From positions 5,304,341 through 5,368,340 of the forward strand of contig NC_057759.1 in the NCBI RefSeq assembly GCF_004010195.1: a stretch of DNA of 64,000 bases, given 5' to 3'. The first letter of the stretch is position 1. Every line of letters begins with the position of its first letter. The notes under the pieces are model-generated. The model was not told the origin of the DNA. It worked only from the letters and a program-made list of their open reading frames with translations, and did no database searches. This document shows, in pieces, positions 37,721 through 51,024 of the stretch. A program made the position numbers and the translations under genes. This DNA is from Chiloscyllium plagiosum. Its lineage: Eukaryota.

Positions 37721-39903
37721 ACATAGGGGCAGTTTTATTCTTAAACAAAGAGAGTGGTAGCAGTGGAACGCACTGCCAGGGGTGGAGATGGAGGCAGATA
37801 CAATAAGGGTATTGAAAGGTATCAAATGAATATGTAAGAAATGGAGGGTTATGGACCAAGGCCAGGCAGAAGAGATTACTTGCATTTTGGCGGCATGTTC
37901 GGCACAACATCGTGGGTTGAAGGACCCTTTCCTGTCCTGCACTGTTCGATGTTCAGATTATAATGCAGTGTATATTTTGGATGAGGATTAATTCAAGTTG
38001 ATTGAAACTGGGTAGGATGCATTTAGAATATAGATTAAAAAATATAAACTTCTATTTCCTTGTTGGTGTTTGACTCTTGTTTTGAACATATCTCTCTGGG
38101 AATGGAGCTCAATGTAAGTCTGACTCAATCCACTCTGTGACTGTGGAAAGGATGTTCTTCGCTCTGACAGCAGTAACATACTGCTGTTTGTTCGAAGCAG
38201 CTGGTCACACCTGGCTCTGTACCATGGGAATATTACATTATCTTGCTCCTTTGAGTACTTGCCTGGAGGAAGACAGAAGAGATACCTCCTGTAAATCAAC
38301 ATCAGCTGTGATTTGCAACATCAATGTAACATTCAGTTCCTCATCATTAAGGTTTTTTTATTTAAAGCCAGCAATTTAAACAGAACCATGGGTCTGATTC
38401 CACTCCTGTCCTGAGCTCTTACTTGTCCATTTTTTCTTAAAATTCTAAGCCCAAAGGAATGAGAACCAGAAACTAAACAACACCCATACAGCTCCACAAA
38501 TGGGGCCTACCCGATGCAAATGGGTATGTGGATATGTGAGTTTAGTTATTGATCTATACCTGTCAGTTCCTGCTTGGAGAATATGTGGGTATAGTTATCA
38601 AACCGTAAGATTCATTATATGGTCAATATATTTGCATATTCACACTGCAAAGACTTGCAGGGTCCAATTGATAACTATTGAATCATAAGAATAATACAGC
38701 ACAGAGGGGGCTATTCAGCCCATCTTGTCTATGCCAACCCAAAGACCCCCAGAGGTCCTTTCTCATCCCATCATCTTGCCGCAGCCCCTAGCCTTGCAGT
38801 TAACGGAACTTGAGGTGCAGTTCCAGGGATTTTTGTTTCAAAGAATTTAGGGTCTCTGCCTGCATCACCAAATCAGGCAGCGAATTCCAGATACCCACCA
38901 CTCTATGCATAAAAAACATTTTCCTCACATATCATGTAATCCTACACCAACTTCTTTGAATCAATGATCCCTGGTGTTTGAACTCTCTGCCAAAAGAAAC
39001 AGGTTCCTCCTGTGTACTCGAATCACTCCCTCTCACTATTTTGTGAAAAATCACACAACACCAGGTTATAGTTCAACAGGTTTATTTGGAAGCATGAGCA
39101 TTCGGAGTTCTACTCATTCTTTAGTAGCTCACTGTTTAACATCTACAATTTAATATTCCTTAATCATGGAACCTCTGTTCCAAAGAATATAACCCCAATC
39201 TCTCCCGATAGCGACAATTCACCAGCCCTGGCAACATTCCAGTAAATCTCCTCTGCATTCTCTCCAGAGCAATGATGTCTTTCCTGTGATGTGGTGACCC
39301 GACCGCACGCAATACTCCAGCTATAGCCTCACCAGTGCCTTATATGGTTTCATTGTTATACCCCTACTTTTGTATTTCATCCCTCTGCCCGTGAAGGAGA
39401 GCATTCCATGTGCCTTCTTTACAACCCCATCTACCTTTAGGGAGCCATGCACTTGCACACCAAGATCTCTCACTTACCCTGCCCCCTCAGTATATTCCCA
39501 TTTATTGTCTATTCCCATTTGCTGTTTGATTTCGCAAAATGCATTCCCTCACACTTATCAGAGCTGAACTCCATCTACCACCTTCCTGCCCACTCCACCA
39601 AACCATCTGTAATAATTTTAGAGCTTACAGCTATCCTCCACACTATCCACTAAATGGCCAATCTTTGTGTCATCTGCAAATTTCACAAATCTGCCCACCA
39701 CATTCAAGACCAAATCCTTAATGTATAAAACAAACAGCAGAGATCCCAACACTGAGCCATGCAGAGCACCACTTGAAACAACTTTCCATTCACAAGAACA
39801 GCCATCAACCATTACCATTTGTTTCCTGTTACTAAGCCAACTTTGCATCCAATTCAACACATTACCATGTATCCCACAGCTTTTACTTTTTGAACCAGTC
39901 TGC

Positions 39904-42320
39904 TGTGATGATGCTGCTCCTTTAACAAGCCTGTAAAAGACACCAGCTCCGAAAAGTATGACTTAATGGGTTTTAGGAACATTTCAATTATAGCTAACAG
40001 GTAATGCCTGAGGCAAAAGGCTTCCACATTTTTAAAAAGAACACTCGTACAATGAAAGGGGAATGTCCCAGTTTTCCCAGCTCAGCTTTTCTCTGGTTTG
40101 ATGTGGTTTTTGGCTGTCTGGCTATTGACTGAAAGCAGTCAGGCAGTTGAAAAAGCTGCTGAACCCAAAGAAGCAGATCCATGCTTGTATTCTCTCTCTC
40201 TCTGACATCTCTCCTGTAAGACCCTGTGTTTGATTTTATCTTTTTGTGCCAAAGGGTGTTTGTGGGGATTATTGCAAGTATTGGGAACAGCATCATTAAG
40301 TTGGTATAATCTGTAGGGTTTTCAGATAGGTAAAGTTATTTAATATCCTGTTCTCTTTTAAGGCATAGGAGCATTTGTTTGTGTTTCATTTGATAATCTT
40401 GTAAATCAGTTCTGTTTTGTTTAAAAGTATGTGGTTTGACCAGTTACATCACTCCTGGAATAACTTGAGTTATACCTGTTTAAAACAACTTGCAAAGTTA
40501 GGGTCCGGGCTACTTGAAATGTTTTGAAGGGGTCTAGCCTGGTCCATACCAGTTAGGGGGCTCTTTGCAGGATTTGTTCTGTAGTTCTGATTTGGGATTC
40601 GGGTTGTTGGACTTGAAGGAAGTGAGTGGTAGACGTTACGGTCCTTTGTTCCGGGTTTTGAATTCAGTTGGTTTAAACTATGCTTAGGAGAGCAATGGCT
40701 CTTTCAGTCATCAAGAGTTTTCTGCAGGTGGACGAAGTGATTTTGGGCCATTTACAAAAGGTAAGCTGCTGGAAATAACAGACAATCTGGGATTGGGTCT
40801 GTGTCCTTCCATGAGGAAAGGAGAGATAATTACAGCAGTAGCTCAGCATTTACATTTGTTGGAAACACCATCAGAATCTTTAGAGATGGCTAACATTCAA
40901 TGAAAAATGCAGCAACTTGAGTTAGAGGCAAAAGACAAGAAAAGGGCAACAGAAATGAAATCTTTTGAATTATGATTAAATGCAGAAGAGAGCGCGAAGA
41001 GAGAGAGAAAAAAGGAGAGAAAGGAAAGGAAGTAAGAGAGGGAGTTTGAACTTTGGAAATTGGCATTTCAACAGGAGTTCAAAAAGTCACTTCCTGAAGT
41101 AATGAGAACTCATGTGGAAGAACAGAGAGTTAAAACAGCAAGATCGGCAGCTGAAATGGCTGATGGTTATGAGTTGATCAAAGTTTGGCTTCTCAAACCA
41201 ATTTCAATCCATGAGAGGTAGAAGTTGAGGATAAGAGAAATCCTCACATGGAAAGGAAATGCTGGATCACAGTGAAGGTCGGAAGGATGACTTATCACAG
41301 GGTAAAAAAGGAAACCCTTGAAGGGGAAAGGGAAATTAAAAAGCTCTGGTGTTTTCCCTGCAATAAAGTAGGCTACGCGAAATCACAGTGTTGGTGGGTT
41401 AGGAAAAACACTGGGAAACCAGATGTAGGAAACAGGATAAGCCAGTGAATTTTGTTGTGGCAGTAACTGAAAGTACAATGGAGGCTCGAAAGCTGCACCA
41501 GAATGTACAAGCTGGTTGGAGGTGCCAGATCTTCTTAAACCATCCACCTCTGAAGGTAAAGTTTACTCACATAGGCCAGGACGATCAGGTACAGTGGTTA
41601 CAATATTAGGAGATTCAAATATCCTCTCAATCTGTGATGCTGAAAGATGAGGAGATATGTACCTCTGAAGGACTACTGCCAGAAAAGGTACTAGTAACGG
41701 GAATTCATGTTGACACAAGAAATGCTTAATTGTGAGAAGTGAGGTTAGAGTGTCCAGTGAAGAGTGGAGAAGTTGTGGTAGGAGTATTGGATAAACTGTC
41801 AGCTCCGGGAATACAATTTGTCCTTGCTAATGATATTGTTGATTCACTGGTAGGAATGCTGCCTACTGTTGTTGAAAAGCCAATGGAAACTCAGGCAACT
41901 GAATTATTGCTGGACATATATCCTGGGATTTTTCCTGATTGTGTCACCAGTTGAAACAAAGTCACCAGTTGAAACAGGAGAGATCAAAGAGTACAGATAA
42001 GAAAGTTGAAGTGAAATTAGCAGAGACCGTGTTTGATCAGATAGTTGAAACAAACTGGGAAGACATAGCTGAGATAAATTAAGCAAGTTACAGCAGAAAG
42101 ATGAAAATTTAAAGCAATTGTACCAAAAGGCCAACACAGAAAAAGAATCTGAATATATCCCTGTGTATTATATCTTAAAAATGATGTCGTAATGAGGAAA
42201 TGGAGACCATCACATATTCAGGCTGATGAGAAATGGGCAGAAGTATATGAAGTTGTATGGCCAGTGGATTATAGAGGGAGGTGATCTACCACTAGGAGGT
42301 CATTTAGGAGTGAGACTTTG
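39904..42320 (+). mobile_element. Gmr1-like Gypsy remnant, copy B
   Basis: LTR about 39904-40551; degenerate tRNA-Pro PBS TAGGGGGCTC..GCAGGAT; knuckle CFPCNKVGYAKSQC; ends at GGHLGV. Confidence 0.82.
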
Positions 42321-42457
42321 TGTGGAAATCACATTATTTAATTGTCATCTCTGTCAGTGATGACTATTCAGTAAAAGATTGATGCTGTCCTCAGTCACAG
42401 ATAAACTCCATGTAAATGTGCTTCATCTGGGTTGGAGGATTTGAGTTAGCGGTAGAA

Positions 42458-42717
42458 TGGGCTGCCTCACAGTGCCAGAGACCTGGGTTCAATTCCTGCC
42501 TCAGGCGACTGACTGTGTGGAGTTTGCACATTCTCCCTGTGCCTGCGTGGGTTTCCTCCCACAGTCCAAAAATGTGCAGGTTAGGTGAATTGGCCAAGCT
42601 AAAATTGCCCGTAGTGTTAGAAGGGATAAAATGTAGGAGAATGGGTCTGGGTGGGTTGCGCTTTGGCGGGTCAGTGTGGACTTGTTGGGCTGAAGGACCT
42701 GTTTCCACACTGTAATT
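42458..42717 (+). mobile_element. HE1 V-SINE private to copy B
   Basis: B box, V-domain and tail; absent at about 24770. Confidence 0.9.
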
Positions 42718-43236
42718 AAGCTGAATAGGCTGGAGCTGTTTTCCCTGGAGAAGGACCTTTATAGAGGTTCATAAAATCATGAGCAGCATGGATAAGTGGT
42801 GGAGGCTGGTACAATATTTAAAAGGCACCTGAATGGGTATGTGAACAGGAAGGGTTTAGAGGGATATGGGCCATGTGCTGGGAAATGGGACTAGATTGGT
42901 TAGGATATCTGATCGACATGGACGAAGCGTCTGTTTCCATGCTGTACATCTCAATGACGCGAAGACTGTGATTAATAACACTTATTGGAAATGGGGTGAT
43001 GTGCACTGAGAATGGAGAGAGAGAAACTGTTGATGAGCACAGTTTCCCTCCATCTCTGTACTTAGCAGCTACCTCACGGATGGTTGTTCAAACTATGTAA
43101 CAGTATGATCTATTTGTTTATCTTCATTGTAACTTTGAAAATGTTCTTATTAAATGCAGATTTTAATGCTGTTCCTGAGTGTCTATTTTGGATGAGGATT
43201 CAGTTTATCTATCTTCAAAACTGGTGTGTAAATGTC

Positions 43237-43353
43237 TGCTGGACACACTTTCCTCATTCCTGAAGAAGGGCTTATGCCCGAAACATCGATTTTCCTGTTT
43301 CTTGGAATCCTGCTGCCTGACCTGCTGCGCTTTTCCAGCAACACATTTTCAGC
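43237..43353 (+). mobile_element. Penelope-derived element with hammerhead core, private to copy B
   Basis: CTGAAGAAGGGCTTATGCCCGAAACATCGA; TSD TGTAAAYGTC at 43227-43236 and 43354-43363; empty site at about 26645. Confidence 0.88.
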
Positions 43354-44711
43354 TGTAAACGTCAATGGGCTACATCCTGCTGTTTGCTCGAGGCAGCTGG
43401 TCACACTTCCCTTTGAACCGAGGAAGTATTACAGTGTCTTAGTCCCTCAGGTATTTGTCTGGAGGGAGATAGAGAGACACCACCTATTAATCAACGTGAA
43501 GCGAGTCTGGCAATATTGATCAATGTCACATTCATTGCATATTCGTTAGGATAAGCCAGCAACTTAAAACAGAACCACGGATCGGATTCCATTGCTGCAC
43601 TGAGCTGCTCTTTGTCTGGAGATTGTGTTTGTTTTTCATATGATTCGATACCAATTGAGTGAGATGGAGAAACTGAGCAAAAACTACACAGCTCCATGAA
43701 TGGGACGACTCACCACCGGAAAGCTGAAACAGTTGAATATCCAACTCCCAATACACTACCTGTTGGAGAGAGAAAGCAAGATGCTATGTCTTTTTTTTCC
43801 AAGACACACTCCTTTTACAGGAGTATCCCATTCCTACAGTCGGTCTGCGATTCCGCTATTGACTGCACAATCTCAACAAACAGTGGGAAACAATGACATC
43901 TCAACAAGTTTAGAGGATTGTAAACCACAAGAATGCCCCAGAGCAGCTTCTTCCCGCTCTGCCTCCCTCAGCAGGCCCACACACAGCCCGAGAAAGGCCT
44001 CTCTCTTCCCCCCAGCCCGCTCACTCCAAGTTCCGGGACCAGTTCCTGCTCCGCTCTGCCTCTTACAAACAGCCCCCGGTTCTCCCTGAACTCACCCCGA
44101 ATCAATCCCGGTCTCGGAGCCCCCTCTGTGTCCCAGGCTTCCATCCCGATGTGCTGCTGGAAGGAGCCAGCTGTTCCTCGCTTCCCTGGGCGCTGATCTG
44201 TTTCAAACAAACCTCTTGCACTCACTGAGTAAATGCCCCTCAATGGCAGCTCTGGGGGAGGGCCTCTCGTTAGGAACAGTCAGCTTTGGGGAGAAAAGGT
44301 TCAGTCCCAGATACAGCTGGGGCGGGAGTGAGCTGGAGAAGGAGCTGGATGATCAAAGCCATTTCCCCGCTCTGTCTGTCACTCAGTTTCCTTTGAATTC
44401 TGAATTAACACAGAATTTATCACTGTGTGAAAAAAACTCATCCATTTGAAATTGTGATTACATTTGTTGTCAAGTTACACAATCCACTGGAACCTGACCG
44501 TGAGTGTTTTCTCTGCTTGGGGTTGATGCAACTCATTCTCAATTGCACGGAGTTGAAGAGAAATGAAAATAAAAAGTTTCTGTGTCATACTTTTCTTGAG
44601 TCAAGAGTTGAGTCACAACTTGACTGTGAGATGAATATATTTCTGAGAACTTGTTTGATAACTATGGGCCCAGAGAATTCCCTTAGCCATCTGAGGAAAT
44701 CTGCTTGGTGA

Positions 44712-45305
44712 ATGTCATCGAGATGTACAGCACTGAAACAGACCCTTCGGTCCAACTTGTCCATGCCGACCAGATATCCCAACCAAATCTAGTCCCACTT
44801 GGCAGTACCCAGCGCATATCCCTCCAAATACTTCCTATTCATATCCCCATTTTGATGCCTTTTAAATGCTGCAATTGTACTAGCCTCCACCACTTCCTCC
44901 TGGCAGGTCATTCCATACAAGTACCACACTCTGTATAGGTCTCTTCTATATTTTTCCCTCCCACCCTAAACCTATGCCCTCTAGTTCTGGACTCACCCAC
45001 CCCAGGGAAAAGACTTTGTCTATTTATCCTATCCATGCTCCTCATGATTTTATAAACCTCTATAGTGTCACCCCTCAGCCTCCGATGCTCCAGGGAAAAT
45101 AGCCCTAGCCTATTCAACCTCTCCCGATAGCTCAAACCCTCCAAACCTGGCAACATCCTTATAAATCTTTTCTGAACCCTTTCAAGATTCACAATATCAT
45201 TCATCTAGAAGGAGACCAGAATTGCATGCAATATTCCAACAGTGGCCTAACCAACGTCATGTACAGCTACAAGGTGACTTCCCAACAACTGTACTCAATA
45301 CTGAA
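44712..45305 (-). mobile_element. CR1/HER1 3' fragment
   Basis: LERVQKRFIRMLPGLEGLSYRERLNRLGLFSLE. Confidence 0.92.
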
Positions 45306-45309
45306 TGTG

Positions 45310-46850
45310 TTTTGGTAATTGTCAATCTAAGTCTGCCAGGTTCTGCTATGTGAGTATGAGAATTTACTTTTTAACAGTCCCTGTTAGTTTTTGCTCCATT
45401 AATGTTTTGTTTAGTTGAGAACCCTTCCCGGTCAGGCTCTGTAATGTAAACATGAGTGCATTTATCAATGCTTGCATGACAGATTTTCTTTTGTGAACAT
45501 GTGAATGTGATTATCAATTTTCCCTGGTAGTTTCTGCTCTGTGAATATGAAAATGTAGTTATTAATCTCTAAATGAAAACCAAAAGAACTGCAAATGCTG
45601 GAAATCAGAAACTAAAACAAATTGCTGGAAAATCTCAGCAGGTCGGACAGAGTCTGTGGACAGAAATCAGCGTTAAAATTTCCAGTCTAGTAACCCTTCC
45701 TGTGAAGAGATGGTAGCCAGGAAAATATTAGATTTTCTGCAGAAGATAGGGTGTGTTGAAGGGTAAGGGAGTGAATGGTGAATGGATATAGAACCAAAGA
45801 GAGAGAAGAACAGTTGAACAGAAAAACTAGTGGATCACAGTCAGATGAGGATAATAATAGCTATTAATAGAGACTGTTAGTGAGTTTTGGTGTACAATAG
45901 AAGACCATATGATAACACTGCATGGTGAGAGAGGTTTTGGGTAATGATACGGGAGAGCTCTCGCTCTAAAGTTGTAGACTTCAATAATGCGTCCAGAAGG
46001 CTGTTGAGTTCCCAAGCAGAAAATGAAGTGATGTTCTTCCAGCTTGCACTGAACTTTGCTGGAGCACTGCAGCAAGCCTGAGACAGAGATGTTGGCCAGG
46101 GAACTGGGTGGTGTGTTGAAGTGGCATGCAACTAGAAGCTCAGGGACATTTTTTTCTGGACAGAATGTAGGTGCTCTGCACAGTGGACACCCAATCTACA
46201 CTCAGTTTTGCCAACATAGAGAAGACCAAATGGTAGCTAGGAAAATGCACACAATCAGTTCTGAGGAGGGGTCAGTAGACCTCAAATGTTAAGTCTGATT
46301 TCCCAGCACCAATGCTGCCAAATCTGTGGATTTTCCAGCAATTTTTGTTATTAATTTCTACCTGTCAGTTTCTGTGCTGTAAACATGAGTGTCATTTATC
46401 AAACTGTACATGTCAATGTATGCGATTTGAAACAGGGAGTGTTATTACTCTGTTCCAATAAGTTTTGATGATGAGAATGTTGTTATCAGTCTTCCTCTGA
46501 GATGTCCTGCCATGTGCATGATTGACCAATATGTCCCTGTTATATTCTGCTCTGGGTATCTCAGGATGGAGTTATGAATCTGTATCTGTCAGCATCTTAT
46601 TTATAAATGTGTAAATGTATTAACCAGACTGTAGCTGCCAATGTTTGCTCAGTGAATGTGTTAGTTTAGTTGTGTATGTGAGTGTGTGTATGTATGTGTT
46701 TATGTATCATTCACTCCCTTTCAGTTTCTGCAGAGTGAATATGTAAGAGCAGCTATCAATCTACACCGGTCAGTTTCTGTTGTGTCCACATGGGTGTTTT
46801 GGAATTGATCTATACTTGTCAGTTTCTGCTGTGTGCCTGTGAGTGTCAAG
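45310..46850 (+). repeat. Decayed minisatellite, interrupted by a Penelope-like element
   Basis: Same unit as 9650 and 33665. Confidence 0.7.
45575..46348 (-). mobile_element. Penelope-like element 3' portion with inverted terminal copy
   Basis: LQCSSKVQCKLEEHHFIFCLGTQQPSGRIIEVYNFR resembles the PLE endonuclease C-terminus; 46258-46348 is an inverted copy of 45610-45705 with a decayed CTGAGGA hammerhead. Confidence 0.75.
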
Positions 46851-46939
46851 TACTCAATCAGTGCCAACTACTTTCAACTCTTTTATGTATGAAAGTTGCT
46901 TAATTCTCTGGCAGCCAATAACATTCTAAGAGTCCAATC

Positions 46940-47130
46940 ATCACCAGGAATCTATGGTTGATTGTCAGGAAAACCCACCTGGTTCACTAATGTCCTGTAA
47001 GGAAACTGCCATCCTTGTGTCTCCAGACCCGCAGCAATGTGGTTGACTCATAACTACCCCTGAGCAGTTAGGGATGGGCAATAAATACTGGCCGAGCCAG
47101 TGATGCCCTCATCCCATGAACGAATTTAGG
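46940..47130 (+). mobile_element. Deu-domain (SacSINE1-like) SINE remnant
   Basis: AAAACCCACCTGGTTCACTAATGTCC...GCAATGTGGTTGACTC...GGGATGGGCAATAAAT; similar tail at 2620-2765. Confidence 0.65.
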
Positions 47131-48323
47131 AAACAAAGAATCCTCTGTGACTGAGATTCATTCTGTGATAGTAGTTTTTAAGGGTGTTGTGATTGGGCCT
47201 TAAACTCTTCTGCATTTTGTGATTTATGACAGAGTCACAGAATTGATACAGCCATTCGGCCCATTGTGTCCGCACTGGGACATTCTGTTGTTCATCTGTT
47301 CTCCATACTAATTTCCACTAACTGTTGGGTGTCTGAACTTCATCAACTCACTGCCAGTATCTCTAGGTAAATGCTAATGTGAGATTAGTTCTGCAGTATT
47401 CTGCCATTGAATAACTGTAGTGCCAGTTTGGTTTTGTGGAGTGTGTGAATCTCATTCTTTTTACACGTTGAGTTGTATTTGTTTGGTCTGAGTGTTGGAT
47501 AAACTCAACCATTCTCTGTGCTTTCCCATTCGATAACCACGTCTGATCTTATGTTAACTGTGGTATTTAATTCTGCTGACCCTCATCCACAAATATTAAT
47601 TCCCTTAAGAAAGGAGCATAAGTGGAAAATAGTAACACAAATGAAATAAGTGGAACACTCTTACAAAGGCAGAATGTAACTGTTGGAGAGAGTCTTGCAT
47701 CACAGTGTTAGTCCCTGTTTCTGGTTCAGGAAGCGTGTGCAAAAATCAAGCCTGGAGCAGGAGTGTGCAATAACGTCTCTAGGCCTCGATTTAGTGTATA
47801 GTGGACAACAGATGTTAGTGTCAGGTATGCTGAAGACAGAAACCTTGTGATGTATTGTATGCCACAGCGAGAGACCCCAGGTGTTTTTGGTTATTCACTC
47901 TGAGGACGTGGACGTCGCTACCTGAGCATCGCCTTTATTCCTCTTTGAGCAGGCCATGGTGAGCCACCTTCTGAAACATTTGTTGTCCATGTGCTGCCCA
48001 CAATGCCATGAGCAGGGAATTCCAGGGTCTTGATCAAGTGACAGTGAAGGAAATGGGATATATTTTCAAATGATTATGGTGTGTGGCTTGGAGAGAAACT
48101 TGCCCTCTATCAAGGTGATGTCTCCCTACATCAACTGCATTTAACATTTCTGATGGAGGTTACCATGAGTTTGGAAAGTTTTACAATTTACAAATTATTA
48201 CTTGTGTAAACTTAACAAATCTTTAGGGGTCTGTGAGATAATATTTCATCCCAAGAATAGGCATGCAAATTGGGAAGAAAATAAACTGACAAACATAAAG
48301 CCTGTGAACAATTTAGAATTCAG

Positions 48324-48827
48324 GGCAGAGGAGATGACCTGGGGGTTGCAGTGAGAGAGAAACTCACTGAGATCTTTGTAGAGAGAGGGGGAGAACTTCT
48401 TCAAGGTAGCATCCTTACAAGAGGATTCACAGTAAGCTTAGAATTAATTTCATGGACTTCAGCAGTTTCCACATTTCCCCTCCCCCCAGCTTACACCAGT
48501 TCCAACCTGCCAGCTCAGCAGCATCCTCATGACCTGTCCTACCTGCCAATCTCCCTTCACATCTATCCGCTCCACCCTCCTCTCTGACCCATCACCTTCA
48601 TCCCCAAATCCATCCATCTATTAAACTCTTAACTACCTTCTCCCCAGCTGCACCCCGCTCCAATTTATCTCTTCACCCTGGAGGGTCCCAGCCTCATTCC
48701 TGATGAAAGGATTTTGCCCGAAACGTCGATCTTCCTGCTCCTCGGATGCTGCCTGACCTGCTGCGCTTTTCCAGCACCACTCTAATCTTGACTTTGATCT
48801 CCAACATCTGCAGTCCTCACTTTCGCC
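48324..48827 (+). mobile_element. Longer Penelope-derived element with hammerhead core
   Basis: Perfect 16-bp TSD ACAATTTAGAATTCAG at 48308-48323 and 48828-48843; CTGATGA at 48700, GAAACGTC at 48720. Confidence 0.88.
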
Positions 48828-50220
48828 ACAATTTAGAATTCAGCAAACGATGAGATAAAAGGCATTAACTAAGAAAGAGAAAATGAGGATTGGAGTAAGC
48901 TTGCAAATGTTTTGAAAAAGAAACTAACTGTTAAAGTACTGATAAATGTGTAAAGGGGAAATGGAAGAAAACATGGGTTGGTGACCACAAAGCTAGGTCT
49001 CTTACGATCAAAAAGAGGCAGTCCATATTAGGGAGCAAAAATGGCTACTATTCAAATATGTAACTGTTGTTCGCTGATCACAAAGAATGACACAAATGAT
49101 GCACCAGGAATGTTGGGGAACACAGAGTTCAGTGAGAGGGAAAAACTGAAACAAATCAGTATTGTTTGGAAAATTGTGTTGGGACAATGGATAAGATTGA
49201 AGCTGGGAAACAGCAGGGCCTGGTCATCCACATCCCAGAGTACTTAACATAGTGGTCACAGAAATAGAGAATGGTCATATTCCAAGATTCCATAGACATT
49301 GCAATATTTTAATATTTTCCACAGATTGTGAGTTAGCTAATGTGACCAATCTATTTGAAAAGTAAGTTAGACATAATCTGGGAATTATAGGCCACTCAGC
49401 CTGCAGGAAATAAATACTTGCAGAGTGTCTGTGGGAAAAAAAGATTGGGACCAAACAAAGTCAGCATGGATTCGAAATGCCTGTTCCTGTGTCATAATGT
49501 TCTATGTTCTCAGCTTGGCAAATCTGCTGGAGTAGAGGTGATAGGCAGATGGCATCATTCGGATGTTTCTTTTGACAAAATCTCACATAAAACAAAATAA
49601 AGAACATGGTGTTGAGATGGATTTTAAAAACTGCTTGGCTGAAAGAAAACATGTAGAGGGATCATTTTTTCGATGGCAGGCAATGACTAGGAGTCGTGGC
49701 AAGAATCATGATTAGAATCCGACTCTTCACAATATAGTCACAATGATTTAGAAGAGGAAACTAAATGTAATATTTCCAGATTGACAGATGACATAAAACT
49801 AGGTCGGATGGTGAGCTGTGAACGAAAATGCATTGTGACTGTGCTGAGGAGAAGTCATTGAGCAAAAGCAATGTAATGTGGATAAATGTAAGGCTTTTAG
49901 TAAGGACAGTCAGAGTTGATAAAAATGAAACTGGAAAAGCACAACATTAGAGGAGCAGCAAAGTCAATGTTTTAGTTGCAAGTACAAATAAATCATAAAT
50001 TAGACATAGACAACTGGGGTGAAAAGCATCTCTTGACATTATGCAAATAGAAAGGGCATTTTTGAAAGGGAGATTAGGAAATCAAAGAGGGGGATACAAG
50101 ATAGTCTTGGCAGATAAGGTTAAGCATAATTCAATGAGATTCTACAAGATCATTCAAAGCAAGTTAACAATGAGGGAGAGAAAGAGAGTAGGGTACCTTA
50201 AAGATCAAAGAGGTAGTTGT

Positions 50221-51024
50221 TGTTGTCGGAGCCTTTTCCCCCGAAAGGGAATGCAAACTCAGCAGGCAGGCAGAACTCAGGCAAGTGGAATTTTATTCAT
50301 GCAAAACCCAGTTAAAGCAGGGACAAAGGATCCCCTCCAGAGACCAGCCCTGATTGGGAGATCATGACACACTCTGAATTTTTAACGTAAAGCAGTATTT
50401 TATAAATTTGCTGATAACAATCGCATACAACCTGATCACTTTGATCCTCCCTCATAATTCGTAAACCCAATCCACTAAGACATCGAATCAATGACAGGCA
50501 TTTCTTTAACAGGCCTCAGCTCCCCATGACCTCATGGTATTGAACAGACACTACAATCACTCATCCTTGCCATTTTTCTATGCATCCTCCTCATTCACAT
50601 TCCAAAGTTAATTGCTTCAGGCCTCTTAGGCTGGCTTTATCTGTGAGTCAGTTTGAATTCTGTTATTCATTGTATCTCATGTGCTTTCTTTATGAAATTC
50701 TGTTTTTCCTCTTATATTTCCCATTGTCCTAATTATGTGTGTTAAAAATACCAAAGGCATTTAGTTTTAACTAGTTGGTATAAGATTTGTAAGAATGCTT
50801 TCTGTTCTGGTTCGTTAGTCTTAGATCTGTTTTCAAAGACTTCCAGCAGAGATACATGGAACCAAAACATTTATGCCTGTGCGTGAAAGTTAGTAAGTTT
50901 TCAGAAGTATCCTGATTTGCCCTGGTCAAAATAGATTACTCACAGCTATTAATGACAATGTACTAAGGGTAGACATTTGTCAGCCATTTTGTGGGAGCAG
51001 ACACGGGCCATTTTGTTACCAGCA
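50221..51024 (-). mobile_element. About 0.8-kb insertion in CR1, putative solo LTR
   Basis: TG...CA ends; minus-strand TATAAA (about 50400) then AATAAA (about 50295); no clear TSD. Confidence 0.4.

Larger units (their letters stand above)
37725..44680 (+). repeat. Segmental unit copy B (direct, more diverged, histone genes deleted)
   Basis: Colinear with about 19480-27770, then with 31810-31990. Confidence 0.9.
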
